Part shown: positions 27,112-37,936 of the stretch, piece after piece
Position numbering within the stretch: the first letter of the stretch is position 1
How the letters are laid out: each line of letters starts with the position of its first letter
Assembly (NCBI GenBank): GCA_017399355.1
Contig: JAFQCY010000071.1
Location: 1,611-65,610, forward strand
DNA from: Oscillospiraceae bacterium
GTDB lineage: Bacteria; Bacillota; Clostridia; Oscillospirales; Oscillospiraceae
DNA length: 64,000 nt
Reading direction: 5' to 3'
Position numbers and translations under genes: made by a program
Notes under the pieces: generated by a model
The model's input: the letters and a program-made list of their open reading frames with translations, nothing else
Told to the model about the DNA's origin: nothing
Database searches by the model: none

Positions 27112-27711
27112 TTATACCGATGCTTTGCCCTTTGTCGCGGCGAAAATGGCATTGACCAGTTCCCCACGGCCAGTCCCCTTCTCTGCGGAAAAAGGAATCA
27201 GCAAGGTCTCAGGGGAAAGCCCCAGATCCTTACGGATCACCTGCATATTGGGCTCAATTTCCTTGGGCTTCAGCTTGTCCAGCTTATTGGCCACCACCAG
27301 GAAGGGGCATCCGGTGTCCCGGAACAGCTGCGCCATCACAATATCCAGCTTGGTGGGTGCATGGCGGGCATCGACGATCATAACGCCCAGCGTGATCTCT
27401 TCACCCTCGGCAAAGTAAGCCTCCATCAGCTTGCCCCAGCGTTCCTTCTCAGAGGCTGCAACCTGGGCATAGCCGTAGCCGGGCAGATCCACAAAATATG
27501 CCCGATCATCTACTTTAAAGTAATTAATATGAATGGTTTTACCGGGCTTCTGACCCACACGGGCAAAATTCTTCCGCTGCAAAACGCAGTTCAGCACCGA
27601 GGATTTTCCCACATTGGACTTGCCGGAGAAGGCGATCTTCGGCAAGTCATCGTGAATAAAATCCCCGGGGCGGGCTGCAGAACGGATAAACTCTACTTTT
27701 TGAAGGTTCAT
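27112..27711 (-). CDS. engB: Ribosome biogenesis GTPase EngB (YsxC/YihA)
   Basis: GKSNVGKSS, DLPGYGYA, NKLD. Confidence 0.95.
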   Translation of the reverse strand: MNLQKVEFIRSAARPGDFIHDDLPKIAFSGKSNVGKSSVLNCVLQRKNFARVGQKPGKTIHINYFKVDDRAYFVDLPGYGYAQVAASEKERWGKLMEAYFAEGEEITLGVMIVDARHAPTKLDIVMAQLFRDTGCPFLVVANKLDKLKPKEIEPNMQVIRKDLGLSPETLLIPFSAEKGTGRGELVNAIFAATKGKASV

Positions 27712-30125
27712 TGTCTGATCCCCTTTTGATTTACGGTCTTCTGGGAGGCCAGCTGAACCGGACTCACTTCCGGCTTCCTGGTGCTCTGATCATCCTGCAG
27801 AGGCATGATCAGCACAGCCTCCAGAACCTGGTCTGCGTGCTCTACCGGGATAAACTGCAGAGCACGGCGAACGGTTTGGTCGATCTCGCTGAGATCCTTC
27901 TCATTTTCCTTGGGGATGATGACGGTGCGAATGCCATGTCGTAAGGCAGCCATGGTCTTTTCCTTTAAGCCGCCGATGGCCAGCACTCTACCACGAATAG
28001 AGATCTCGCCGGTCATGGCAAAATCACGGCGGACAGCAGCACCGGTCAAGGCAGAGACAATGGCCGTGCATACCGTAATACCGGCCGAGGGGCCATCCTT
28101 GGGCACAGCACCCTCCGGGAAATGCACATGGATATCCTTGGTCTTATAAAAGTCTTCCGCAATGCCGAAATGATCGGTACGGGTGCGGATATAGCTCAGG
28201 GCAGCCTGGGCAGACTCTTTCATCACATCGCCCAGATTACCGGTGAGGATCAGCTTGCCGCTGCCTTCGATCACATTGCATTCCACTTCGAGGGTCTCGC
28301 CGCCTACGCTGGTCCAGGCGAGGCCAGTGACCAGGCCAACAGGATCTGCTGTAGGAAGCTTATCGGGAAGGAACTTTTTCGGCCCCATCAGCTCTGTCAG
28401 GTTTGTGCCGGTAAGGCTGATGCGCTTCAGAGTCTCTTCGGAAACCAAACGCATTGCACACTTACGGCAGAGCTTGGCGATCTCACGCTCTAAATTGCGG
28501 ACACCGGATTCCCGGGTATAGCCGTGAATCAGCTCACGAATAGCATCATCCGTGATGCGTACCTGGGTCTTCTTCAGGCCATGCTTTTTCAGCTGCTTGA
28601 TCAGAAGATGATTCTTCACGATCATCAGCTTCTCTTCATCGGTATAGGATCCCAACTCAATGACTTCCATACGATCCAGAAGGGGTCTGGGGATAGTATC
28701 GGTGGTGTTAGCGGTAGTAATAAACATACACTCGCTGAGATCAAAGGGAACTTCCAGATAGTTATCCCGGAAGCTGCCGTTTTGCTCCGCATCCAGCACT
28801 TCCAAAAGCGCTGCAGAAGGATCTCCACGGTAATCCTTGCCCAACTTATCGATCTCATCCAGAAGCAGCAGCGGATTACAGGAGCCGCACTGCGCAATGG
28901 CATTGATGATGCGTCCGGGCATAGCGCCAATATAGGTCTTTCTATGACCACGGATCTCAGCCTCGTCATGGATGCCGCCCAGAGAGAGCCGTGCTAACTT
29001 GCGGTTTAATGCACGGGCAACGCTCATGGCGATGGAGGTCTTGCCCACACCGGGAGGGCCGACCAGGCAGATGATCTGCCCGTGAAGATCGGGCGCAAGC
29101 TGCTTGACAGCCAGCAGCTCCAAAATACGCTCTTTCACCTTCTCCAAGCCAAAATGATCCTCGTCCAGGATCTTGGCGGCATGGCGTACATCCAAACGTT
29201 CCTTGGTGCGCTTATTCCAGGGCATCTCGATTACTGCATCCAGGTAATTCCGGATCACAGCGGATTCTGAAGAGCCGTAGCCCTGCTTACTCAGGCGGGT
29301 CAGCTCCTTCAGGAGCTTGCTGCGAACCTCATCAGAAACAGTAAGGGCTTCGATCTTTTCACGGTATTCCTCGATCTCGCCCTCATCATCTCCATCACCC
29401 AATTCGGTGCGGATCACCTTGAGCTGCTCTCGCAGATAGTAGTCTCGCTGACCTTTGTCGATATTCTGCTGAGTTTTATCCTGCAGGTCGTTTTCCAGCC
29501 GCAGAACTTCCAGCTCTCGGGCCAAAAGACGATTGGCAAGGATCAGCCGCTGCACCGGATGGCGCTGCTCTAAGATCCGCACTTTTTCCCCATAGCTGAA
29601 GGTTGCGGACTGGCCGATCATATCAGCAATATGTCCGGGATGCTGCTCAGCAAGAATCCGCAGCATAATATCCTGTGCCGGGCGCTGGGAAAGCTCTACA
29701 AACTCGTCAAAAAGCTGCGCAGCCTGACGGATCAGCGCCTCGATCTTTGGCGTACCGGGCACAAACTCATTGTCCGGCAGCGATTCTACACGGGCGCAGA
29801 GATAAGGACTCTCTTTCAGGATTTGAGTTACTTCGGCACGGTATTCACCCTGGACCAAAATCCGAACAGAATTGCCGGGGATCTTCAGAACCTGTCTGAT
29901 CTGGGCTACCGTACCAACAGGGAATAAATCGGAAAACTTCGGATCATCGACTAAAATATCCTTCTGAGTGACCAGAAAAATCTTTTGATCCCGCTCCATT
30001 GCCTTGTCCAGCGCACGGATCGATTTTTCCCGGCCCACATCAAAATGCATAGATGCACCGGGGAAAACCGTCAAACCGCGCAGGGCCAGAACAGGCATTC
30101 GTTCCGATAAAATGATTTCTTCCAT
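27708..30125 (-). CDS. lon: ATP-dependent protease Lon
   Basis: GPPGVGKTS, LLDEIDK, PKDGPSAG. Confidence 0.98.
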   Translation of the reverse strand: MEEIILSERMPVLALRGLTVFPGASMHFDVGREKSIRALDKAMERDQKIFLVTQKDILVDDPKFSDLFPVGTVAQIRQVLKIPGNSVRILVQGEYRAEVTQILKESPYLCARVESLPDNEFVPGTPKIEALIRQAAQLFDEFVELSQRPAQDIMLRILAEQHPGHIADMIGQSATFSYGEKVRILEQRHPVQRLILANRLLARELEVLRLENDLQDKTQQNIDKGQRDYYLREQLKVIRTELGDGDDEGEIEEYREKIEALTVSDEVRSKLLKELTRLSKQGYGSSESAVIRNYLDAVIEMPWNKRTKERLDVRHAAKILDEDHFGLEKVKERILELLAVKQLAPDLHGQIICLVGPPGVGKTSIAMSVARALNRKLARLSLGGIHDEAEIRGHRKTYIGAMPGRIINAIAQCGSCNPLLLLDEIDKLGKDYRGDPSAALLEVLDAEQNGSFRDNYLEVPFDLSECMFITTANTTDTIPRPLLDRMEVIELGSYTDEEKLMIVKNHLLIKQLKKHGLKKTQVRITDDAIRELIHGYTRESGVRNLEREIAKLCRKCAMRLVSEETLKRISLTGTNLTELMGPKKFLPDKLPTADPVGLVTGLAWTSVGGETLEVECNVIEGSGKLILTGNLGDVMKESAQAALSYIRTRTDHFGIAEDFYKTKDIHVHFPEGAVPKDGPSAGITVCTAIVSALTGAAVRRDFAMTGEISIRGRVLAIGGLKEKTMAALRHGIRTVIIPKENEKDLSEIDQTVRRALQFIPVEHADQVLEAVLIMPLQDDQSTRKPEVSPVQLASQKTVNQKGIRQ

Positions 30126-30163
30126 AAGGGTCTCCTTTGTTGCAGGACGATCCTGCAGTATGA

Positions 30164-30196
30164 AAGAAAAGGAGGCAAAGATATTCTGCCCCCTCT
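30164..30196 (-). terminator. Probable terminator between clpX and lon
   Basis: GGGGGCAGA...TTTGCCTCC imperfect stem followed by TTTTCTTT on the minus strand. Confidence 0.5.
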
Positions 30197-30202
30197 TCCA
30201 TA

Positions 30203-31450
30203 TCAGGCGCCGGGGCGATCGTGCTTCTTGGTGCGCACGACTTCGGGCTCAGCACCCTTGCACACGCAGTCCCGGGTGATCAGTACCTTGGTAATGGAGG
30301 GATCAGAGGGAATCTCATACATGATCCTGGTCATTACACTTTCCAGCACTGCACGCAGACCACGAGCGCCGATCTTGCGGTCAATGGCTCTTTCGGCAAT
30401 GGCATCCAGGGCCTCCGGCTCAAAATCCAGAGTCACTTTGTCCAATTCAAAGAGCTTACGATATTGGCGGCAGAGCGCATTTTTAGGCTCTGTCAGAATG
30501 CGAACCAGATCTTCTTTCTTCAGGCTTTCCAGGCTGGTAACCACCGGCAGACGACCGACCAGCTCGGGAATGATACCGAACTTCAGAAGATCGTGGGGCT
30601 GAACCTGGGCAAAAAGCGCACCAAGATCCTTATCCTTCTTACTTTTCAGCTCAGAGCCAAAGCCCAGGCTGGAATGATCTACACGGCGTTCGATGATCTT
30701 GTCCAGGCCATCGAAGGCACCGCCGCAGATAAAGAGGATATTGGAGGTATCGATCTGGATGAATTCCTGCTGGGGATGCTTCCGACCACCCTGGGGAGGC
30801 ACATTCGCCACAGTACCTTCCAGGATCTTCAGAAGGGCCTGCTGTACACCCTCGCCGGAAACATCACGGGTGATGGAGGTGTTCTCGCTCTTCCGGGCGA
30901 TCTTATCCATCTCATCGATGTAAATAATACCACGCTCGGCCTGTTCCACGTCAAAATCAGCAGCTTGAAGCAGACGAAGCAGGATATTCTCCACATCCTC
31001 GCCGACATAGCCAGCCTCGGTCAAGGTGGTAGCATCCGCAATGGCAAAGGGTACATTCAGGATCTTGGACAGAGTTTGGGCGAAGAGCGTCTTTCCGCAG
31101 CCGGTGGGACCGATCAGCAGGATATTGCTCTTCTGCAGCTCAACATCGGAAGAATCGCAGAAGTAAATACGCTTATAGTGGTTATACACCGCCACAGAAA
31201 GGGCGATCTTTGCCTCCTCCTGGCCGATGATATAGCCATCCATGTATTCTTTGATCTCCTTCGGGGTGGGCAGATGCTCGGGAGCTTCGAGAGCAGATTC
31301 GTCATTTACCTCGTACATATCCTCATGGAGCAGGCTGCTGCAAAGCTTCACGCACTCGCTGCAGATAAATACATCCGGTCCGGAAATGATACGCTCGACC
31401 TGCCCCTGGGTCTTGCCGCAGAAGGAGCAACGGATCAGTTTATTAGCCAA
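30203..31450 (-). CDS. clpX: Clp protease ATPase subunit ClpX
   Basis: CSFC..CSEC zinc finger, [22 protein letters not shown]. Confidence 0.98.
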   Translation of the reverse strand: MANKLIRCSFCGKTQGQVERIISGPDVFICSECVKLCSSLLHEDMYEVNDESALEAPEHLPTPKEIKEYMDGYIIGQEEAKIALSVAVYNHYKRIYFCDSSDVELQKSNILLIGPTGCGKTLFAQTLSKILNVPFAIADATTLTEAGYVGEDVENILLRLLQAADFDVEQAERGIIYIDEMDKIARKSENTSITRDVSGEGVQQALLKILEGTVANVPPQGGRKHPQQEFIQIDTSNILFICGGAFDGLDKIIERRVDHSSLGFGSELKSKKDKDLGALFAQVQPHDLLKFGIIPELVGRLPVVTSLESLKKEDLVRILTEPKNALCRQYRKLFELDKVTLDFEPEALDAIAERAIDRKIGARGLRAVLESVMTRIMYEIPSDPSITKVLITRDCVCKGAEPEVVRTKKHDRPGA

Positions 31451-31465
31451 AGCAAATACTCCTTG

Positions 31466-32047
31466 TTATCTCTGGTAAAACACCTTGTCGATGATGCCAT
31501 ATTCCTTGGCTTCCTCAGCGCTGAGGAAATGGTCTCGTTCGCAATCGAGGGCCACCTGCTCCACAGGCTTGCCGGTATTCTTAGCCAGGATCTCATTGAG
31601 CTTTTGCTTCATAGCAAGGATCCGCTGGGCATGGATCTGGATATCGGTGACCTGACCCTTGGCTCCGCCGGAGGGCTGATGGATCATGATCTCCGCATTG
31701 GGAAGCGCAATACGCTTGCCCTTAGCGCCGGAAGACAGCAGGAATGCACCCATGGACGCTGCCATACCGATGCAGATGGTGGAGACATCGCACTTCACAT
31801 ACTGCATGGTATCATAGATCGCAAGGCCGGCAGTAACGGAGCCGCCGGGGCTATTGATATAGAACTGGATATCCTTTTCGGGATCCTGGGCTTCCAGATA
31901 CAGCATCTGCGCAACGATCAGGCTGGCAGTAGTATCGTTTACTTCTTCAGACAGGAAAATAATACGGTCATTGAGCAAGCGGGAGAAAATATCGTAAGAA
32001 CGCTCGCCCCGGCTGGTCTGCTCAATCACATAGGGAATCACACTCAT
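31466..32047 (-). CDS. clpP: Clp protease proteolytic subunit
   Basis: YINSPGG, AASMGA, MIHQP. Start ATG 32047. Confidence 0.98.
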   Translation of the reverse strand: MSVIPYVIEQTSRGERSYDIFSRLLNDRIIFLSEEVNDTTASLIVAQMLYLEAQDPEKDIQFYINSPGGSVTAGLAIYDTMQYVKCDVSTICIGMAASMGAFLLSSGAKGKRIALPNAEIMIHQPSGGAKGQVTDIQIHAQRILAMKQKLNEILAKNTGKPVEQVALDCERDHFLSAEEAKEYGIIDKVFYQR

Positions 32048-32092
32048 AGCAATGCTCCTTTCTCGAAACATTCTAACCGATTATTTGGAAGA

Positions 32093-33391
32093 TTATTCCT
32101 CTTCCTTCTTCTCCTCCACGGCAACAGCAGACTCCGTGATGAGCTTGGCAGCCTTGCGGAGCTGCAGATCACTCTTGAGGCCATCAACGCTCAGCAGTTC
32201 CTTGACATTCTCGACATCCATGCGATAGGACTCGGCCAGCTTCTGGTACTCCTCCTCGCACTCTTCTTCGGTGATCTCAATGTTCTCGGCCTTAGCGACA
32301 GCCTCGAGCATCAGGTTGGTCTTAACGGATTTCTCAGCACCGGGACGGAGGGTATTCTTAATGGCATTCAGATCGCCGCCCATCATCTGGGCATAAGCTT
32401 CCAGAGAAGCGCCCTGAGCCCGGAGTTCATAATCCATACGCTCCAGCTGGCGATCCAGCTCATCGTCGATCATGCTGGCGGGGATCTCGGCGGTCATGTT
32501 GTTGACAGCCTGATCAATAACGGCATTTTCAAAAGCACGGTTGATGCCGGCTTCCTTCTCGGTCTTGATCTTGTTCTCCACATCGGCACGGAGCTCGTCC
32601 ATGGTATCGAACTCAGAGACATCCTTTACGAACTCATCATCCTTCTCGGGAACGACGGTCTGCTTGACCTCGTGAACCTTGACCTTGAAGATCACGGCAG
32701 CGCCGGCCAGCTCGGCAGCGTGGTAGTCAGCGGGGAAAGTCACTTCCAGATCCTTCTCTTCGCCGGCACTCATGCCAACGACCTGTTCCTCAAAGCCGGG
32801 GATAAAGCTGCCGGAGCCAAGCTTCAGATCATACTTCTCGCCCTTGCCGCCTTCGAATGCAACGCCATCCTTAAAGCCTTCGAAGTCGATGACAGCGGTG
32901 TCACCGTTCTCTGCAGGACGGTCTACCGTAGTAACGGAAGCGATGTTTTTGGCCATGCGGTCGATCTCGGCATCGATCTCTTCGGCAGAGACGGTAACCT
33001 CAGCCTTGGGAGCTTCCAGAGCCTTGTACTGGCCCAGGGTGACCTCGGGGTACAGATCGGTCTCTACGGTGATGGTAACGGTGTTATCCTCGGCGATATC
33101 GATATTGGAGACAGCGGGCTTACCCACGGGCTTAATTCCCTCCTGGGAAGCGACACAGCTGGTGTACAGCTCGGGGAACAGCTCTTCAATGGCATCTTCA
33201 AAGAAGACGTGCTTGCCGTAAGCGGCCTCGATGACCTTGCGGGGAGCCTTGCCCTTGCGGAAGCCGGGGATCATAACATTCTTGCGGACCTTCAGGTAAA
33301 CCTTATTAACAGCGGGCTCCATCTCGGCGGGAGTGATCTCCACAGTGATGACGGCACGGTTGGTCTGCTTTTCTACATTTTTCACATTCAT
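32093..33391 (-). CDS. tig: Trigger factor
   Basis: PGFRKGKAP signature and FKBP domain. Start ATG 33391 with AGGAGG SD. Confidence 0.97.
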   Translation of the reverse strand: MNVKNVEKQTNRAVITVEITPAEMEPAVNKVYLKVRKNVMIPGFRKGKAPRKVIEAAYGKHVFFEDAIEELFPELYTSCVASQEGIKPVGKPAVSNIDIAEDNTVTITVETDLYPEVTLGQYKALEAPKAEVTVSAEEIDAEIDRMAKNIASVTTVDRPAENGDTAVIDFEGFKDGVAFEGGKGEKYDLKLGSGSFIPGFEEQVVGMSAGEEKDLEVTFPADYHAAELAGAAVIFKVKVHEVKQTVVPEKDDEFVKDVSEFDTMDELRADVENKIKTEKEAGINRAFENAVIDQAVNNMTAEIPASMIDDELDRQLERMDYELRAQGASLEAYAQMMGGDLNAIKNTLRPGAEKSVKTNLMLEAVAKAENIEITEEECEEEYQKLAESYRMDVENVKELLSVDGLKSDLQLRKAAKLITESAVAVEEKKEEE

Positions 33392-33450
33392 TGTTTGTTT
33401 TCCTCCTATATGTTGCGCCCAAAGGCGCACTTTTTACAGATAGCCGAACT

Positions 33451-33479
33451 ATTTTATCAGATATTCATCAAAAATACAA
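33451..33479 (-). promoter_or_regulatory. Putative sigmaA promoter of tig-clpP-clpX
   Basis: TTGTAT-N17-TAAAAT with extended -10 TG. Confidence 0.65.
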
Positions 33480-33499
33480 GACTTATTTCTATAAAAGCC

Positions 33500-34189
33500 T
33501 TATTTTATACGCAAAGGTTGGAAGCGAAGGTAATCGGCAGCACAGAGCCGGAAAGTAACTCCGTCATAGTCCCCCTCAATGGCCAGCTTGTGACTGTCAC
33601 CGTGGAGATGTCCGTAGCAGCAGAGGCTGACACCGTAGGCCTTCAGCAGCTGCAGGATCTCCGGACACTCATAACCTCGGTAGCGGGGTGGATAGTGCAA
33701 AAAGCAGTAGATTTCCCTACCCTGGGCCTGCTTGAGAGAGGTCTCCAGGCGGATCAGCTCCCGCTTAAAGATCTTATCATTATGACTCCCAACCGCAGCA
33801 TCTTCTTCAAAGAACCAGCCTCGGGTTCCGCAAAGGGCAATATCCTCATAGGTATAAGCATTATTATTCAGGATCAGCATATCGGAAAAATCATGTTCCT
33901 GGCAGAAGGAATAGAACTTCTTGGCTGTAGACCACCAGTAGTCATGATTCCCCTTTAAGATGATCTTCCGGCCGGGGATGTCATTGATAAAGGAAAAATC
34001 CTCTTTGGCACCGCTCAGATCCAGAGCCCAGGTCAGATCCCCCAGCAGAATGGTCGTGTCCTCGGGTGTAATAACCTTCAGGCCCTCACGCAGCTTCTCT
34101 ACATAGTTATTCCAGACACCGCCGAACACATCCATTGGCTTATCTGTGCCAAAGGATAAATGCAGGTCTCCAATGGCATACAGCGCCAC
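33500..34189 (-). CDS. Calcineurin-like metallophosphoesterase
   Basis: GDLH, GD, GNHD, HYPP, GHLH. Confidence 0.9.
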   Translation of the reverse strand: MALYAIGDLHLSFGTDKPMDVFGGVWNNYVEKLREGLKVITPEDTTILLGDLTWALDLSGAKEDFSFINDIPGRKIILKGNHDYWWSTAKKFYSFCQEHDFSDMLILNNNAYTYEDIALCGTRGWFFEEDAAVGSHNDKIFKRELIRLETSLKQAQGREIYCFLHYPPRYRGYECPEILQLLKAYGVSLCCYGHLHGDSHKLAIEGDYDGVTFRLCAADYLRFQPLRIK

Positions 34190-34204
34190 AAGGTCTCCCC
34201 CTCT

Positions 34205-35125
34205 CTATAACAGTCGTAATAGGTTATGGTAAAACAGGTCTTCCAGCAGGGCCGGTGCATATCCGCAACCCAGTAAATACTCATAAAAAGAAGCATAGCT
34301 GTCCACGCCCCTGAAGCCGGAGACCAGGGTATCGCAGCCGTCCAGATCGCCGCCCAGCATTACATGCCTCTCTCCGCACAGCCGGAGCATATGCTCCAGA
34401 TGTCTGCGCAAGAGATCGAAGCCACCTTGCTCTCCCAAAAACGGCGGATAAAGATTTAAGCCAACAGCTCCGCCGGTCTCGCCGATGGCACGAAGCTGGT
34501 CGTCTGTAAGGTTGCGGCTATGGTCGCAGATCGAGCGGCAGTTGCTGTGGCTTGCAACAATGGGAGCTGATGTAAAACGGATCAGATCCCAAAAGGCCGC
34601 CTCAGACAGATGGCTGACATCGATCAGCAGCCCAAGGCTCTGGGCCTCGGAAACAAAGTCTCTGCCCTGCGCCGTGAGGCCCTGCAGAGATTGATGCCAG
34701 CCTGCCAGGGCATTATCGGCATTCCAGGTAAGGGTTGTCATAACAAAGCCCTGCTCACGAAGCCACGGAAGCCACTGCGGATCGCAGCCGATCACCTCCG
34801 CTCCCTCAACGCTTAGGAGTGCGGCGCAGCGATTCTCCGCCCAGAGACGAAGCACATCCGCTGCGGAAGCAGCGAAGGCAATGCTTGCCAAATTCTCCGC
34901 TACCTGTTTACGGAGATAGGTCAAAGGCTTTTGCAGCAGCTCTTCCGCAGTCCAGGGAAGATTCTTCAGGCCGGAAAGGCTGCAGAAGGCAAAGATCTGT
35001 GCGTAATGCACATACTCCCCCACTCGCTGAAGGTCGATATGTCCACTATTTTGCTTAAGCCGCTCCCCTTTCCGAAACAGCTCAAAGGCTGTATCGCAGT
35101 GGGCATCAAACAGGGCTGTTTTCAT
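34205..35125 (-). CDS. Membrane dipeptidase family (M19) metallopeptidase
   Basis: DAHCDT, VEG, IDVSH, ASHSN, GGDLDG. Confidence 0.9.
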   Translation of the reverse strand: MKTALFDAHCDTAFELFRKGERLKQNSGHIDLQRVGEYVHYAQIFAFCSLSGLKNLPWTAEELLQKPLTYLRKQVAENLASIAFAASAADVLRLWAENRCAALLSVEGAEVIGCDPQWLPWLREQGFVMTTLTWNADNALAGWHQSLQGLTAQGRDFVSEAQSLGLLIDVSHLSEAAFWDLIRFTSAPIVASHSNCRSICDHSRNLTDDQLRAIGETGGAVGLNLYPPFLGEQGGFDLLRRHLEHMLRLCGERHVMLGGDLDGCDTLVSGFRGVDSYASFYEYLLGCGYAPALLEDLFYHNLLRLL

Positions 35126-35487
35126 TGAAAGGCATCCTCCAAATGATGAATGGTGGGCTTCTTCGTCTCAACACCCTGGGGCGCATAAATCTCGATCACA
35201 TCGAACCTGGCACGATAGGAGAAAGCATCATTCTGTTTAAGATACAGCTTGGCTGCGGTCTTGATCCGGTTCTGCTTCTTTTTATCCACAAATTCCAGAG
35301 CTTCTGCAAAGGATGCATCCTTGCGGAGCTTCACCTCTACAAAGACCAGATACTCCTTTTTTTGCACGATCAGGTCGATCTCGCCCATACGGCAGCGATA
35401 ATTCACAGCTACTAACTGATAGCCCTTCTTGCGGAGGTATTGGGCTGCCAATGTCTCGCCCCAGTGCCCGAGAAGATCAGTTGCCAT
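35122..35487 (-). CDS. yraN: YraN family putative endonuclease
   Basis: G..GE..A..YL, GEIDLI, FVEVK, RFDVI. Confidence 0.93.
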   Translation of the reverse strand: MATDLLGHWGETLAAQYLRKKGYQLVAVNYRCRMGEIDLIVQKKEYLVFVEVKLRKDASFAEALEFVDKKKQNRIKTAAKLYLKQNDAFSYRARFDVIEIYAPQGVETKKPTIHHLEDAFQ

Positions 35488-36085
35488 AGAATTTCTTTAA
35501 GAAGCTCATGCGGTGGATCGGGCAGGGGCCATGCTCCGTCAGTGCCGCATAGTGGGCCTTGGTGCCGTAGCCCTTATGTACAGAAAAGCCATACTGGGGA
35601 TAAAGCTCTGCCTGCTCCTCCATATAGCGGTCACGGGTCACCTTGGCAAGGATAGAGGCAGCGGCTATGCTGGCGCTGAGGCTATCGCCCTTGACAATAG
35701 TCTTGACCTCGATCCCATCCAGAACGGGATCCCGGTTTCCGTCAACCAGAGCCAGCTGGGGCTTGATCTGCAGCTGCTCCACTGCACGGCGCATAGCCAG
35801 GAAGGTAGCTTGCAGAATATTGATCTCATCGATCTCCCGGTGATCAGCAAAGGCAATACCATAGGCGAGCGCCTTCTCGCAGATCACGTCATAGAGCTCC
35901 CTACGCTTTTTATCGGTCAGCTTTTTGGAGTCATTGAGGCCCTCGATCTCCAAACCCTTGGGCAGGATCACGGCAGCAGCACAGACAGGGCCCGCAAGAG
36001 GGCCTCTTCCTGCTTCATCCACGCCGCAGATGACATCAAAGCCTTTCTCCATAGCATCCAGTTCATAGTTCCAAAGTTCGCTCAT
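35477..36085 (-). CDS. rnhB: Ribonuclease HII
   Basis: [34 protein letters not shown]. Confidence 0.97.
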   Translation of the reverse strand: MSELWNYELDAMEKGFDVICGVDEAGRGPLAGPVCAAAVILPKGLEIEGLNDSKKLTDKKRRELYDVICEKALAYGIAFADHREIDEINILQATFLAMRRAVEQLQIKPQLALVDGNRDPVLDGIEVKTIVKGDSLSASIAAASILAKVTRDRYMEEQAELYPQYGFSVHKGYGTKAHYAALTEHGPCPIHRMSFLKKFYGN

Positions 36086-36094
36086 AGCAACCTC

Positions 36095-36319
36095 TCAATC
36101 CGGCGTAAAGCTGAGCCGCTGCCGCAGCCCGTCTGTATCCAGCTCGTAAATAATTGTTCCGTTTGGCAAAATATCCTTTGAGAGCGAAAAGTTTGTCCCG
36201 GTGCAGAAGCTGCGTGCAATGCTGTCCGGGTCATCTGTTTCAACCTCCGAGACAAAAACATCACGCATTTGATTATTGCTGCACTGGTTAAAAATCTCAC
36301 GAATCAGTTCATAGTTCAT
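36095..36319 (-). CDS. Small hypothetical protein (74 aa)
   Basis: MNYELIREIFNQCSNNQMRD...; fills the gap between rbgA and rnhB, and its start overlaps the rbgA stop. Confidence 0.7.
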   Translation of the reverse strand: MNYELIREIFNQCSNNQMRDVFVSEVETDDPDSIARSFCTGTNFSLSKDILPNGTIIYELDTDGLRQRLSFTPD

Positions 36320-37178
36320 GGGGAGGGTCCTCCAACGTAAAGCGGCCGATCTTGCAGCTGCGGTATTCTTCCAGCAGGATCCTGGCCATGCGCTCCGTAT
36401 CGATCTCACCTCTGGCCAGGAGGAAGCCTCGCTTTTTGCCGGCTTCCGTCAAAAGCTCGTAGCCCATGGCATCCTCCGGCATATCGATCTTATAGCGCTG
36501 GCGAAGCGCCTCAGGATATCGTCTCCAAAGCATTTGGATCAGATGGCAGGCCAGTGTCTCAACATCCAGGATATCGTCCTTAACAGCCCCCGTATAAGCC
36601 AGACGGCGGCCCACTTCCTCATCATCGAATTTCGGCCAGAGAATGCCAGGAGTATCCAGCAGCAGAAGGCCACGGTCCACCGTTACCCACTGCTTTCCAC
36701 GGGTCACACCGGGACGGTTCTCCGCCTTGGCGCCCTTCCTGCCGGAGACCTGATTGATGAAGGTGGATTTGCCTACGTTGGGGATACCCACGATCATCAG
36801 CTTTAAGGGCTTATTGACAAAGCCTCGCTGGGCGTAACGCTCCAGTTTTTCCTTCAGAAGCTCACGAACCGCCGGAATAAAGCGGTCAATTCCCTTGCGG
36901 CTTTTGCAATCGGTACGGACTACTGCGTAGCCCAGGTTCTTAAAATAACTACTCCAGGCCTCAGTACCGGCAGGATCTGCAAGATCGATCCGGTTCAGAA
37001 TGACCATACGGGGCTTATTGCCGCAGATGGCATCAATATCGGGGTTTCGGCTGGAGAGCGGAATTCGGGCATCGATCAATTCACAGACCGCATCCACCAG
37101 CTTCAGATCTTCCTCCATCTTCCGCCGGGTTTTGGTCATATGGCCCGGATACCATTGGATATTCATGTTATCATCCAT
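36309..37178 (-). CDS. rbgA: Ribosome biogenesis GTPase RbgA (YlqF)
   Basis: IQWYPGHM, DARIP.SSRNP, GIPNVGKST, LDTPGILWPK. Confidence 0.96.
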   Translation of the reverse strand: MDDNMNIQWYPGHMTKTRRKMEEDLKLVDAVCELIDARIPLSSRNPDIDAICGNKPRMVILNRIDLADPAGTEAWSSYFKNLGYAVVRTDCKSRKGIDRFIPAVRELLKEKLERYAQRGFVNKPLKLMIVGIPNVGKSTFINQVSGRKGAKAENRPGVTRGKQWVTVDRGLLLLDTPGILWPKFDDEEVGRRLAYTGAVKDDILDVETLACHLIQMLWRRYPEALRQRYKIDMPEDAMGYELLTEAGKKRGFLLARGEIDTERMARILLEEYRSCKIGRFTLEDPPHEL

Positions 37179-37807
37179 TACGAAACCGCTCCGATCCTGC
37201 TGAAATCCCGCTTTTCTGTGATGGCATCCTCGCCGGGGAAAATCACAAAAAGAACCTTTCCAAGAACCTGATCCAGGCTGATCTGACCGATCCGGGTATC
37301 ACGGCTATCTGCGGAATTATTCCGGTTATCGCCCATTACAAAGAGGCAGTTCTCCTCCACCGTCAGCTCAATGGGAAGGCGGTAGCTGTCATCCATAAGC
37401 TCCTTGATATAAGGCTCGATCAAAGCAACCCCGTCTACAAACACACGGATCTCCCCGTTTTCACGGCGGATGCTTACAGTTTGTCCCTCGGTGGCGATCA
37501 CACGCTTGACAATGGGTTCCCCATCACGGAAAGACAGCTTTCGGGCCACAATAATATCTCCGTACTCCAGATCCCCCATAATGATATTGCTCTGCAGAGC
37601 CAGATAATCGCCATTCACCAATGTCGGCAGCATGGAGCCTCCGTTGACCCCTACCAGGCGAACGCAGAACACAAACACCAATGTGATGCCTGCCAAAATA
37701 TATACAAGGTCATGAAGAAGTGCATACAGGTCGAAGAGCGGACCGGTTTTTTCTCCGGTTTTTTTATGTTGATCCGGCGCAGGATTGCGCAGCTGATTCT
37801 GTTCCAT
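37178..37807 (-). CDS. lepB: Signal peptidase I
   Basis: GSMLPTL, VKRVIA, GDNRNNSADSR. Confidence 0.95.
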   Translation of the reverse strand: MEQNQLRNPAPDQHKKTGEKTGPLFDLYALLHDLVYILAGITLVFVFCVRLVGVNGGSMLPTLVNGDYLALQSNIIMGDLEYGDIIVARKLSFRDGEPIVKRVIATEGQTVSIRRENGEIRVFVDGVALIEPYIKELMDDSYRLPIELTVEENCLFVMGDNRNNSADSRDTRIGQISLDQVLGKVLFVIFPGEDAITEKRDFSRIGAVS

Positions 37808-37902
37808 AATTCTGTTCCTTCCATCATTTTATCAATAATCAAGGATTTCCTAATAAATCATTATACACCAAATTTCTCCGGAAATAAAGCGGAAATATAA
37901 AA

Positions 37903-37933
37903 ATTTCGTCCGACTCACAGAGCCGGACGAAAT
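37903..37933 (-). terminator. Terminator after valS
   Basis: ATTTCGTCCG...CGGACGAAAT stem followed by a T-run on the minus strand. Confidence 0.75.
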
Positions 37934-37936
37934 AAT

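Noticed and set aside
33413-33431. Small GC hairpin in the tig 5' region as a riboswitch
   Set aside because: It is too short and has no recognisable aptamer; more likely a simple 5' stem.
30221-33958. 1245-aa plus-strand ORF
   Set aside because: It is antisense to clpX, clpP, tig and the phosphoesterase, which all happen to share one frame register. Avoidance of TTA/CTA/TCA codons in these biased genes removes antisense stops. No domain features.
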